A DNA stretch of 64,000 nt from Macrostomum lignano. Lineage: Eukaryota. The stretch lies in NCBI GenBank assembly GCA_002269645.1, contig NIVC01000082.1, forward strand, positions 310,001-374,000. Direction: 5' to 3'. Positions 53,298-64,000 of this stretch are shown piece by piece. The notes under the pieces are model-generated. The model had not been told where the DNA came from and made no database searches. It was given only the letters and a program-made list of their open reading frames with translations. The position numbers were made by a program, and so were the translations under genes. Each line of letters opens with the position of its first letter. Position 1 is the first letter of the stretch.

Positions 53298-53453
53298 CCT
53301 GCCCAAGCGGCTACTTCAAACCGATGGCAGCCAACAGTCCGTGCCGGGCCTGCCCTGAGCACACGGTCTCGGGCTCCGCAGCCACGCAGTGCGACTGTCA
53401 GTCTGGCTATTACCGGAATCTGGCTGTAGACAGACCGGAAACTGCCTGCAGCA
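53298..53453 (+). CDS. Eph receptor EGF/TNFR-like Cys-rich exon
   Basis: Acceptor ttccag|53298. ACPSGYFKPMAANSPCRACPEHTVSGSAATQCDCQSGYYRNLAVDRPETACS has the Eph Cys-rich pattern. Phase-1 donor a|GTGAGT at 53454. Not in the ORF track. Confidence 0.92.
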
Positions 53454-53764
53454 GTGAGTTATTTGTTCTTTTTATAAGTTATTCCGTCTAGAGCAGAAAC
53501 AAAGCTTCCAAAAATCCGGGATTCCTTAAAACCGAGATTTCATAGAAACTAAAGTTTCCTAGAAGCATATTTTCCAAGAAATCAAACTTTTCTTGAAACA
53601 AAATTTTTGTGGAGAAAAATATTAAATACGCTCGTATCATAAATTTGTTCGATTAAATTCAAAAAAAATTCATAGAGACCACTTTTTACATGCAACAACT
53701 GGGTTTCTTAGAAACCTGGCTTTTTAGTGGCAAAATTTTCCTAGAAACGTTGTATATCAAAGAA

Positions 53765-54330
53765 CTCAAAGTTTTCCTAGAAACCAGACTTTCCTTGAAA
53801 CTGAGTTTTCCTAGAAACCAGACTTTCCTTGTAACTGAGTTTTCCTAGAAACCAGACTTTCCTTGAAACTGAGTTTTCCTAGAAACCAGACTTTCCTTGT
53901 AACTGAGTTTTCCTAGAAACCAGACTTTCCTTGAAACTGAGTTTTCCTAGAAACCAGATTTTCCTTGAAACTGAGTTGTCCTAAAAACCAGACTTTCCTT
54001 GAAACTGAGTTTTCCTAGAAACCAGACTTTCCTTGAAACTGAGTTGTCTTAGAAACCAAACTTTCCTTGAAACTGAGTTTTCCTAGAAACCAGACTTTCC
54101 TTGAAACTGAGTTGTCTTAGAAACCAAACTTTCCTTGAAACTGAGTTTTCCTAGAAACCAGACTTTCCTTGAAACTGAGTTGTCCTAGAAACCAGACTTT
54201 CCTTGAAACTGAGTTTTCCTAGAAACCAGACTTTCCTTGAAACTGAGTTGTCTTAGAAACCAAACTTTCCTTGAAACTGAGTTTTCCTAGAAACCAGACT
54301 TTCCTTGAAACTTGAGCTTTCCTAGAAACG
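53765..54330. repeat. 34-bp repeat GAGTTTTCCTAGAAACCAGACTTTCCTTGAAACT
   Basis: Period 34 (TTCCTAGAA at 53774, 53808, 53842). Confidence 0.96.
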
Positions 54331-55429
54331 ATTTGCCTATACAACAATGAGCTTCTTAAAAAAGCCTAATTTTCCAATTATTATACTTTTCTAGGAAACC
54401 AGACTGACTTGACATTTAAGAAGAAAAATTTCTTTAAAAAAGAGTTTAAAATTTGTTTAAAATCCTAAAATTTACGGATATTTCATCTAAAAGTGCATAC
54501 TTTCTAAGCCCCGGCTTAACATGCAGTGCAATGCTTGCGTTAAAATCTACAAATAAGTGGAACTCCAGCCATTCAGATTCCCGGTCTCATTGTTCGCCCA
54601 TAGCACTAACTGGAGACCGACTCTCCCGCCATGCATTTGCCATTCCTTTTGTTCTCAAGGTTACTATATATATAATCCCCGTCTATAGCTAGTCTATGAC
54701 TATGGATGCGTTTCACTCCAGATCCAACGATCTTTAGTAGTCCATGGCCCTACTCTTTAGTAGTTTGGTCTTCAGTTGGTTAAGTTAGCATAAGAAAAGG
54801 GTTTGGGTTGGAGGGTGTGACGTTGGAAAAGCTGTCTGAGTCACGCAGGTTTCACACCAAATTTACCCCCCCCCCCAACCCCCCTGTAGCCGCCTTTGTG
54901 TTTCGCGCGTTTTGCTCCTCTTTTGTCATCCCTCACTTCAGTTCCCACCTACCCCCCTCCCAATCCCCAACCAAAAATCCCCCAAGTTCCTGGCCAAGCT
55001 GGGGGGGAAGGCGACTTCTTGCTTACTGAAATAGACTTTCTGACACTTTTTAGGGGAATGAGATTCCAGAAACTCTTTCGTATTGTCTGCCTGCCTCTCT
55101 CGGCACTTTTTTCCCCTACTGACTTCTTCTTTTGCTTTGCTGCTTCTTTCTGTATTCTAAATGGAAGTCTATTGAAGTTTCTTCCGACAATTTTTTGTTT
55201 TTTTTTCTATCTGCTGCTTGTGTTGGAATTAATTTGCTGCTTGGTTGGTGTCTGCTTAGTATTTAGATTGAATTGTGCTTTCTTATGTTTTGGCTTGTTG
55301 TAATTTTCCAGCCCATGCTAATTTAACCTTCTAATTTTGATGTAGCAGATTTATTCTCGGTTAGAACTTCAGAGGTTTGAATTTGTAGTTGTTAGTTTCA
55401 TCCAGATTCTTCAGGTAGCTTTAAGATCC

Positions 55430-56230
55430 TTCAGTTAGCCTTCTGGTCCTTCAGTAAGCCTTCGGGTACTTCAGTAAGCCTTCGAGTACTTCAGTAAGCC
55501 TTCAGGTACTTCAGTAAGCCTTCGGGTACTTCAGTAAGCCTTCGGGTACTTCAGTAAGCCTTCAGGTACTTCAGTAAGCCTTCGGGTACTTCAGTAAGCC
55601 TTCGGGTACTTCAGTAAGCCTTCGAGGTACTTCAGTAAGCCTTCAGGTACTTCAGTAAGCCTTCGGTACTTCAGTAAGCCTTCGGTACTTCAGTAAGCCT
55701 TCGGGTACTTCAGTAAGCCTTCGGTACTTCAGTAAGCCTTCGAGGTACTTCAGTAAGCCTTCAGGTACTTCAGTAAGCCTTCGGGTACTTCAGTAAGCCT
55801 TCGGTACTTCAGTAAGCCTTCGAGTACTTCAGTAAGCCTTCGGTACTTCAGTAAGCCTTCAGGTACTTCAGTAAGCCTTCGGGTACTTCAGTAAGCCTTC
55901 GGGTACTTCAGTAAGCCTTCGGTACTTCAGTTAGCCTTCGGTACTTCAGTAAGCCTTCGGTACTTCAGTTAGCCTTCAGGTACTTCAGTAGCCTTCAGGT
56001 ACTTCAGTAAGCCTTCAGGTACTTCAGTAAGCCTTCGGTACTTCAGTAAGCCTTCGGGTACTTCAGTTAGCCTTCGGTACTTCAGTAAGCCTTCAGGTAC
56101 TTCAGTAAGCCTTCAGCCTTCAGGTACTTCAGCTAGCCTTCAGGTACTTCAGTTAGCCTTCAGGTACATCAGCTAGCCTCCAGGTCCTTCAGTTAGCCTC
56201 CAAGTCCTTCAGTTAGCCTCCAAGTCCTTC
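55430..56230. repeat. ~19-21-bp repeat AGCCTTCGGGTACTTCAGTA
   Basis: Directly visible. Confidence 0.95.
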
Positions 56231-57039
56231 AGAGAGCTCTCAGCTACTTCATTCAGATCTTTCAGAAGAAGCTCTTTGACCCAGCACTTTCACTTTCAGC
56301 ATGGGATCTTTCTTAAGCAATGTCTTTGTCTTAAGAAAAATTCCCAAATTAATCGAACAGTTAAAAATTGAAATTCAACACCGATTTCTGCGGCTCTATG
56401 AGTAATACCGGATTAAGAAAAGCTTTAAAATACTCCCCCCCCCGGATTTCTGGCGCCCTCAACAACAACAGCAACCACTTCAAACTCTTCTCTCTCTCTC
56501 TGCTGTTTTCAGTGAGAGTCGGCACCAGTGTGAGGCTGAATTTCCTGCATGTAAATTTGCCGATTAAGATTATTCTGTGTGCTCGCCTCAAGGCGGTGGT
56601 TTTACAGGAAATCTACAGACCCCCCCCCCAACAACTGGCCAGATTCCCAGGGCGCTTGCTCAAGAAACACGGGGCCCCCTCTCTTCTTCTAGGAGTTGGC
56701 GACGGGCCTGACTTTTTTCCACGGGGATAAGCGGAGAGAGAGAGAGAGGGAAGAGAAAGTTAAACAGCTTCTGTTCAGTTTCTTCCTTCTGTCTTCTCGA
56801 AGGAACAAAGCATTTCTTGGGGTGGAATAAATAATCCCTTATATAGCCATGGCTGACCAACAGAGCTTTCTTCTAGAAGAGGGAAAAACAGTGAGCAAGC
56901 GGCGCTCAAATTACTTTTCTGGGCGAGTTGAAAATCTGTGCTGCAGTTCTGAGAGCTGGGGATCTTCGTTTGTCTTGGCTTTTTTCATTTGAGAAGGGAA
57001 ATTCTTTTGCAGATGATTGAGTCTGATTTTTTCGGGCCA

Positions 57040-57680
<641 letters not shown>

Positions 57681-58164
57681 TGCAGTTAGTAAATAGCAGC
57701 AGGTCATTAGCGTTTAATTTCATAAATACTAAAAGATAATGCCAAAGCGTTAAAATATATAGGTTCGTATATATATAATCCTTACTTGGTAAAGAAAGAG
57801 TAAAGACAGGAGTTCAACACTTGGTCGCGGTGCGGTTAATAACTGACAGATTGGATCGAATATTGATCCCTCCCGCAGTCATGCAGTTTTATATTTATAG
57901 ATTTAAAAGTGTCAAGGCAGAGTGCGAAAATGAGTGATAGCCAGTAAGGGGGTTGAAGGATTACCCGTTATATGCAAAGTCTTTCAATTGGCATACTCTG
58001 CTTCTGTATTTCTCTTCTGTCGATGGGTTTGCGAGCAGGTGTCAGTTTAGAGTATTTGTGTGTGCGGGGGAATTTCTGTTGAGTGTATGAGGATATGTTT
58101 TTGGAATGCATTCGAGTAATATTAATATTAATAATAATGAACTTGTGTAGAAATTGTGGGAGAG

Positions 58165-58625
58165 AGTATAGGAGGTAGATTAGAGAATAGAGAGAAGAGA
58201 GAGTAAGAAAGAGAGAAGAGAGGAGAGAGATTAGACAGTAGGGGAGAGAGGGAGAGAGTAGGGGAGAGAGTAGAGAGTAGGAGAGAGAGGACAGAGTAGA
58301 GGACAGAGGAGAGATTAGGGGAGAGAGTAGAGAGTAGGGGAGAGAGTAGAGAGAATAAAGAAGAGAGGAGAGAGAGTAGGGGAGAGAGTTGGGAACAGGG
58401 GAGAGACAGGAGAGAGAGTAGGGGCGAGAAGAGAGAACAGGGAAGAGAGTAGAGAGAGTAGGGGAGAGAGGAGAGAACAGGGGAGAGAGTAGAGAGAGTA
58501 GGGGAGAGAGGAGAGAGAGAGTAGGGGAGAGAGGAGATAATAGGGGAGAGAGTAGAGAGAGTAGGGGAGAGAGGAGAGAGAGTAGATGAGAGAGGAGAGA
58601 AGAGGGGAGAGAGAGGAGTAAGAGA
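58165..58625. repeat. GA-rich repeat (GAGAGAGTAGGGGA)
   Basis: Directly visible. Confidence 0.9.
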
Positions 58626-59467
58626 ACCGACAGGAAAAGAATGAGACGCAGCGGCAGAAGCAGCAATGCGCTGTTGCTGTTTATTCTGCTCCTAGCAGAC
58701 GCTGTCTGATCGCACAGATCTGTCAGGGCGATAAAGATCAGAGCCACAGCAGCTCCATGGCCCTGTCACAACAAGGAAGCCGGCCAAAAAACGCGAAATT
58801 ATTAAAAAAAATTCTAGCAATCCCCCCACGATCCGCCAGACCAATACCGCCCGATGAAGTTTAATTTTCAGATTTTAATTTTTTCGTTAATCTAGCCTTT
58901 TTTGAACCAAAATCGAAATGGGAGAATTGTTAATAGAAAAAAGATCCCCCGCAAAAGGAGGAGTCGAACTGTTGGAAATTGTTCCTCGGGGAATCGGGGA
59001 TCTTTTTCAGTTAGCTAAGTAACTGCATTTTTCGGTGGCATAAAGGCCAAGGCACACGCGCAGAATTTCCTTCTTTCTTCTGGGGATTTCTGTTAGATAA
59101 AAGTTCCCATGGGGATTTTGGTTGAGTTTACGATAGCCGAAGGGGGGTAGTAGGAAGTTTTCAGGTTAAACAAATGCACTGCGCCGCTGCTACATGTAGC
59201 AGCGAATGTCAGAGTGTCCCTGCCAGCCCCCCCCCGCTGACACTGCTGACACGAAGTAATAAATCAAATTTTTGGTCGCGAGAAAAAAATCATGCGACTA
59301 AAGAAAATGTTGAATCCGTTTGGCATGCGGCTCGGGTTCCGGTGCGGCTAGGGGTGGGGGGGGGTTATCTGCTAATTCTGGGACAATGCCATACACTGGA
59401 GCTGAAGTTCATCGGATGTCCTGTTTTTTCGGCTAAAAATTGTACTTGCGGGAACTGGGATAGCCTG

Positions 59468-60887
59468 GGCGCCAGCACCAAGGGGCGCCAGCACCAAGGG
59501 GCGCCAGCACCAAGGGGCGCCAGCACCAAGGGGCGCCAGCACCAAGGGGCGCCAGCACCAAGGGGCGCCAGCACCAAGGGGCGCCAGCACCAAGGGGCGC
59601 CAGCACCAAGGGGCGCCAGCACCAAGGGGCGCCAGCACCAAGGGGCGCCAGCACCAAGGGGCGCCAGCACCAAGGGGCGCCAGCACCAAGGGGCGCCAGC
59701 ACCAAGGGGCGCCAGCACCAAGGGGCGCCAGCACCAAGGGGCGCCAGCACCAAGGGGCGCCAGCACCAAGGGGCGCCAGCACCAAGGGGCGCCAGCACCA
59801 AGGGGCGCCAGCACCAAGGGGCGCCAGCACCAAGGGGCGCCAGCACCAAGGGGCGCCAGCACCAAGGGGCGCCAGCACCAAGGGGCGCCAGCACCAAGGG
59901 GCGCCAGCACCAAGGGGCGCCAGCACCAAGGGGCGCCAGCACCAAGGGGCGCCAGCACCAAGGGGCGCCAGCACCAAGGGGCGCCAGCACCAAGGGGCGC
60001 CAGCACCAAGGGGCGCCAGCACCAAGGGGCGCCAGCACCAAGGGGCGCCAGCACCAAGGGGCGCCAGCACCAAGGGGCGCCAGCACCAAGGGGCGCCAGC
60101 ACCAAGGGGCGCCAGCACCAAGGGGCGCCAGCACCAAGGGGCGCCAGCACCAAGGGGCGCCAGCACCAAGGGGCGCCAGCACCAAGGGGCGCCAGCACCA
60201 AGGGGCGCCAGCACCAAGGGGCGCCAGCACCAAGGGGCGCCAGCACCAAGGGGCGCCAGCACCAAGGGGCGCCAGCACCAAGGGGCGCCAGCACCAAGGG
60301 GCGCCAGCACCAAGGGGCGCCAGCACCAAGGGGCGCCAGCACCAAGGGGCGCCAGCACCAAGGGGCGCCAGCACCAAGGGGCGCCAGCACCAAGGGGCGC
60401 CAGCACCAAGGGGCGCCAGCACCAAGGGGCGCCAGCACCAAGGGGCGCCAGCACCAAGGGGCGCCAGCACCAAGGGGCGCCAGCACCAAGGGGCGCCAGC
60501 ACCAAGGGGCGCCAGCACCAAGGGGCGCCAGCACCAAGGGGCGCCAGCACCAAGGGGCGCCAGCACCAAGGGGCGCCAGCACCAAGGGGCGCCAGCACCA
60601 AGGGGCGCCAGCACCAAGGGGCGCCAGCACCAAGGGGCGCCAGCACCAAGGGGCGCCAGCACCAAGGGGCGCCAGCACCAAGGGGCGCCAGCACCAAGGG
60701 GCGCCAGCACCAAGGGGCGCCAGCACCAAGGGGCGCCAGCACCAAGGGGCGCCAGCACCAAGGGGCGCCAGCACCAAGGGGCGCCAGCACCAAGGGGCGC
60801 CAGCACCAAGGGGCGCCAGCACCAAGGGGCGCCAGCACCAAGGGGCGCCAGCACCAAGGGGCGCCAGCACCAAAGGGCGCCAGCAAG
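59468..60887 (-). repeat. Near-perfect 16-bp GC-rich array GGCGCCAGCACCAAGG (about 88 units)
   Basis: No variant visible until the last units. Confidence 0.98.
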
Positions 60888-61479
60888 GGAATCGAGCCTG
60901 GCTCTGTTAAACTTAACAGGCTAATGTGTACTTTTACAAGTTTTCCCACGGCGAGCGGTGTCGACTGTTGAGAAAATCTACAACAATTGATTTTATTTGA
61001 CTGTGGGGGGAGGCTCCTAGATCGGTGCTGGGAGGTTTTTCTATAATTTACAACTTGGCACTTGCGGTAGGGAAGCATTTCACACCTCTTATCTTCCTGT
61101 GGGGTCGCTACCCTATCTAGTTGCTACCAGCCATCATTTCTGACAGCTGGAGAGAGGAGGGGGATAGATGGTAGAGAATGAGTTAGATCTGTCTTCATCA
61201 CACTCAACTACCCACCTTGGCATTGAGCCGGGGCCTCAGCCCTAGCGGAGCTGATTAACAAATAATAACTGCATTTGACGGTTGACTGACTCACTTTTTG
61301 ACGGGTCTGGCGAGGTGAGGAGAAACTTATGGGGAAGGGCTGCTGGGGTTAGGGACGATCATTAAGGGAAGCTGAGTTGCGTTATGAGACTATGGCTTGA
61401 GCAGGATAGTAACTGTTCCAGGGTTCTAAAGAGCTGTGGTGAAGTGAAGAAAATGGTACGGGAATGTAGCGTATGGGTT

Positions 61480-61670
61480 TGTAGGGTATGGGTTTGTAGG
61501 GTATGGGTTTGTAGGGTATGTGTTTGTAGGGTATGGGTTTGTAGGGTATGGGTTTGTAGGGTATGGGTTTGTAGGGTATGGGTTTGTAGGGTATGGGTTT
61601 GTAGGGTATGGGTTTGTAGGGTTTGTAGGGTATGGGATTGTAGGGTTTGTAGGGTATGGGATTGTAGGGT
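61480..61670. repeat. 15-bp G-rich repeat GGGTTTGTAGGGTAT
   Basis: Directly visible. Confidence 0.93.
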
Positions 61671-62603
61671 TCCTAGGATCAGAAGATGCAGGGTTTGTAG
61701 TTTTTAGATGTTTAACAAATAAAAGCCCTGCCAACAAGGAAAACTCTATAGAAACGCATGCACATAAATGGTTAGTTTAAAAGTACACACTATGAGAATA
61801 GCAGTCACGCGGAGCCAAGCCATCTTACATGCATATTACTCCGGACTCCGGGTTATCCATGTGATAGCTAGTTTATTGTTATATATCTGTATATACATGC
61901 AAATATGTTTATTGCTCAAAGCGCTGCATCAGCGCTATGATCATTATTATATTATCATCATGGATCCCTTAGGCTTGGGGAGCGATGGCCTGCTGGAGGG
62001 GCACGCTGCCTTCGGGTCCCAGCGTTAATCGCAGCTCCAATCTGAGATGAAGGATAGAAAAAAGATGGAAGAGGCCAAGCCTACCATCGAGAGTTCCTGA
62101 TGCTGGGAGATTATTATGAAAGCCCGGGAATGAGAGGCGAAAAAGCAGACAACACAGAATAAGGCGGACTTGAAGCAATGTTTTTTGGGGCTTTTTTGGA
62201 GGAGGGTGAGCTTTTTGAGTGGAGAACAATGTTTGAATGCCATGAATGCGCGGGGCATGGTTGGAGAAGCGAGGCGAGATGGGGAGCAAACTGGTTGGGA
62301 ATACCAGGTAGACACAGTGGCGCCACCGCCCGACCCGTTTGACTCAGCTTAGCTATGAGAGATTCTCATTAACAATGCCCCCCGCCTTTGTGCCCGATCT
62401 GCGACCTGCCCCCCCCCACTTTGCTCGCTCAAAAACCAGCTGTGAGAAACCTTAGACGGTTTCGTTCGCTCTCTCGTGAAGCATTGTTATCGATTGGCTG
62501 ACTGGCGCTTGTGTCGCTCGGCTATTGTTGCTTTTTAACTGGGGCGATTCTGCTTTTTTGGACCTTGATTAGAGCTTTAATAAGCAGAGCTGTTGCTTGC
62601 CGG

Positions 62604-62604
<1 letters not shown>

Positions 62605-62638
<34 letters not shown>

Positions 62639-62651
62639 GTGTCTGTCCGTG

Positions 62652-62734
<83 letters not shown>

Positions 62735-62735
62735 G

Positions 62736-62786
<51 letters not shown>

Positions 62787-62787
62787 G

Positions 62788-62834
<47 letters not shown>

Positions 62835-62870
62835 GTCTGTCTGTCTGTCTGTCTGTCTTAGTGTCTTTCT
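62605..62870. repeat. (TCTG)n microsatellite
   Basis: Directly visible. Confidence 0.96.
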
Positions 62871-63314
62871 GTCCGTTTGTGTTGTCTGTCTCTTTCGTCG
62901 GTTACCATTTTCTCTAGCTGGAAGCCCCCCTCTTTAGACCATTGAATCTTCTCAAACTCAACACCATAAAACCGCAGACAACTTGAGAGCACACTCCAAC
63001 ACTCGTCGCCCCATTGAGCCCCAACCATTATCCACCCTAATGAGCAGGCATCCTCTAATGGCTGCTATTGGCAAATAGCAAATATCGGTTGAAGTGGGAT
63101 TGAGCCGCTCTCCAGTTTTAATGCAACGTACCGCCCGAGGCTAAAAGGCTACAACATAAAACGAATCAATTAAAAGTATTGTTGACACTGCTTTTTAAGT
63201 GATGCAAAACCAGCTGTTATAAAATGTGATTTTAAAAATAAATCTTTAGAATTTGAACACCCAATAACTTGATAATAGCTATATGTAATAGTTTCTTATT
63301 ATCGGTATTACATT

Positions 63315-63692
63315 TGACTATGAATCATTCAGTGCAGTGTACATTAGACTATGACTCATTCTGTGTAATTTTTATTTGGCAATGACTTATTCTGTGCAAT
63401 GTACATTAGGCTATAACTCATTCTGTGTACTGTACATTTGATATGACTCATTATGTGTGCTGTAAATTTGATATGACTCATTCTGTGTACTGTACATTTG
63501 ATATGACTCATTCTGTGTACTGTACATTTGATATGAATCATTCTGTTTACTGTACATTTGATATGACTCATTCAGTGTACTGTACATTTGATGACTCATT
63601 CTGTGTACTGTACATTTGATATGACTCATTCTGTGTACTGTACATTTGATACGACTCATTCTGTGTACTGTAAATTTGACAATGACTCATAT
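63315..63692. repeat. 30-bp repeat ATATGACTCATTCTGTGTACTGTACATTTG
   Basis: Directly visible; ends about 70 bp before the FN3 exon. Confidence 0.95.
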
Positions 63693-63762
63693 AGCTAACA
63701 TAAGCTCCAAGTTCTCGCCTAAACTAGACAGAAAAAAACAAATTACCAAATTTCTTCTGCAG

Positions 63763-64000
63763 AGCCGCCAACCGCTCCAAAAGACGCCCTGGTGTTGGAG
63801 AATAACCCTAACAGAGTTGTGCTCAGCTGGTCACCGCCTGAGTACACGGGCGGTCGGAACGACACCCGGTATGTCGTCGAATGCGTCGACTGCGGCGGCG
63901 CCAGGCTGGTGTACGAGCCAGCCAGCTCGCTCACGGACCGGCAGGTCACGGTTCGCGGCCTGCAGCCAGAGACGGCTTACACCTTTCGAATATTTGCTCT
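63763..64000 (+). CDS. Eph receptor first fibronectin type III exon (truncated by window end)
   Basis: Acceptor ctgcag|63763, phase 1. PPTAPKD...VVLSWSPPEYTGGRNDTRYVVEC...VTVRGLQPETAYTFRIFA is an Eph FN3 (PP-GGR-D, L-P-T-Y-F). Confidence 0.92.

Noticed and set aside
58641-58709. Short signal-peptide-like ORF MRRSGRSSNALLLFILLLADAV*
   Set aside because: Stops after 22 codons, has no convincing donor, and lies mid-gene within an intron.
59174-61078. 470-580 aa ORFs (GAPAPRGASTK / LVLAPLGAGAPW)
   Set aside because: Translations of the 16-bp array on both strands; no splice or codon evidence, and they lie inside an Eph intron.
61960-62352. Plus-strand stretch with few stops (SEMKDRKKMEEAK...GWEYQVD)
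   Set aside because: Two in-frame TGAs, no family motif, and no compatible splice sites with the Eph model.

Overview
This is eukaryotic (animal) genomic DNA, not prokaryotic. It holds five intron/exon genes, all on the + strand: the 3' part of CTDNEP1/Dullard, an intronless type I PRMT (PRMT6-like), mitochondrial Asn-tRNA synthetase (NARS2, 4 exons), HDAC8 (3 exons, start exon not found), and the 5' part of a large Eph receptor gene (signal peptide, ligand-binding domain, Cys-rich region and first FN3 exon) that runs off the right end. I reconstructed exons by hand from GT/AG boundaries, phase compatibility and family motifs. By eye, roughly half of the window is tandem repeat: about 45 separate micro/minisatellite arrays, nearly all different, filling almost every intron and intergenic gap. 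Most long ORFs in the supplied track are translations of these repeats. The architecture and the HDAC8 L6-loop sequence suggest a flatworm such as Macrostomum lignano (inference only). The most unusual observation is that several arrays are built around exact, often palindromic, transcription-factor consensus sites: nuclear-receptor IR1, STAT GAS, E2F, ETS, AP-1, MEF2/CRE and PBX. Other leads are a possible SL trans-spliced operon, a 161-bp higher-order repeat, and a stop-free 3n intron in the HDAC8 active-site loop. I see no CRISPR array, rRNA or tRNA.
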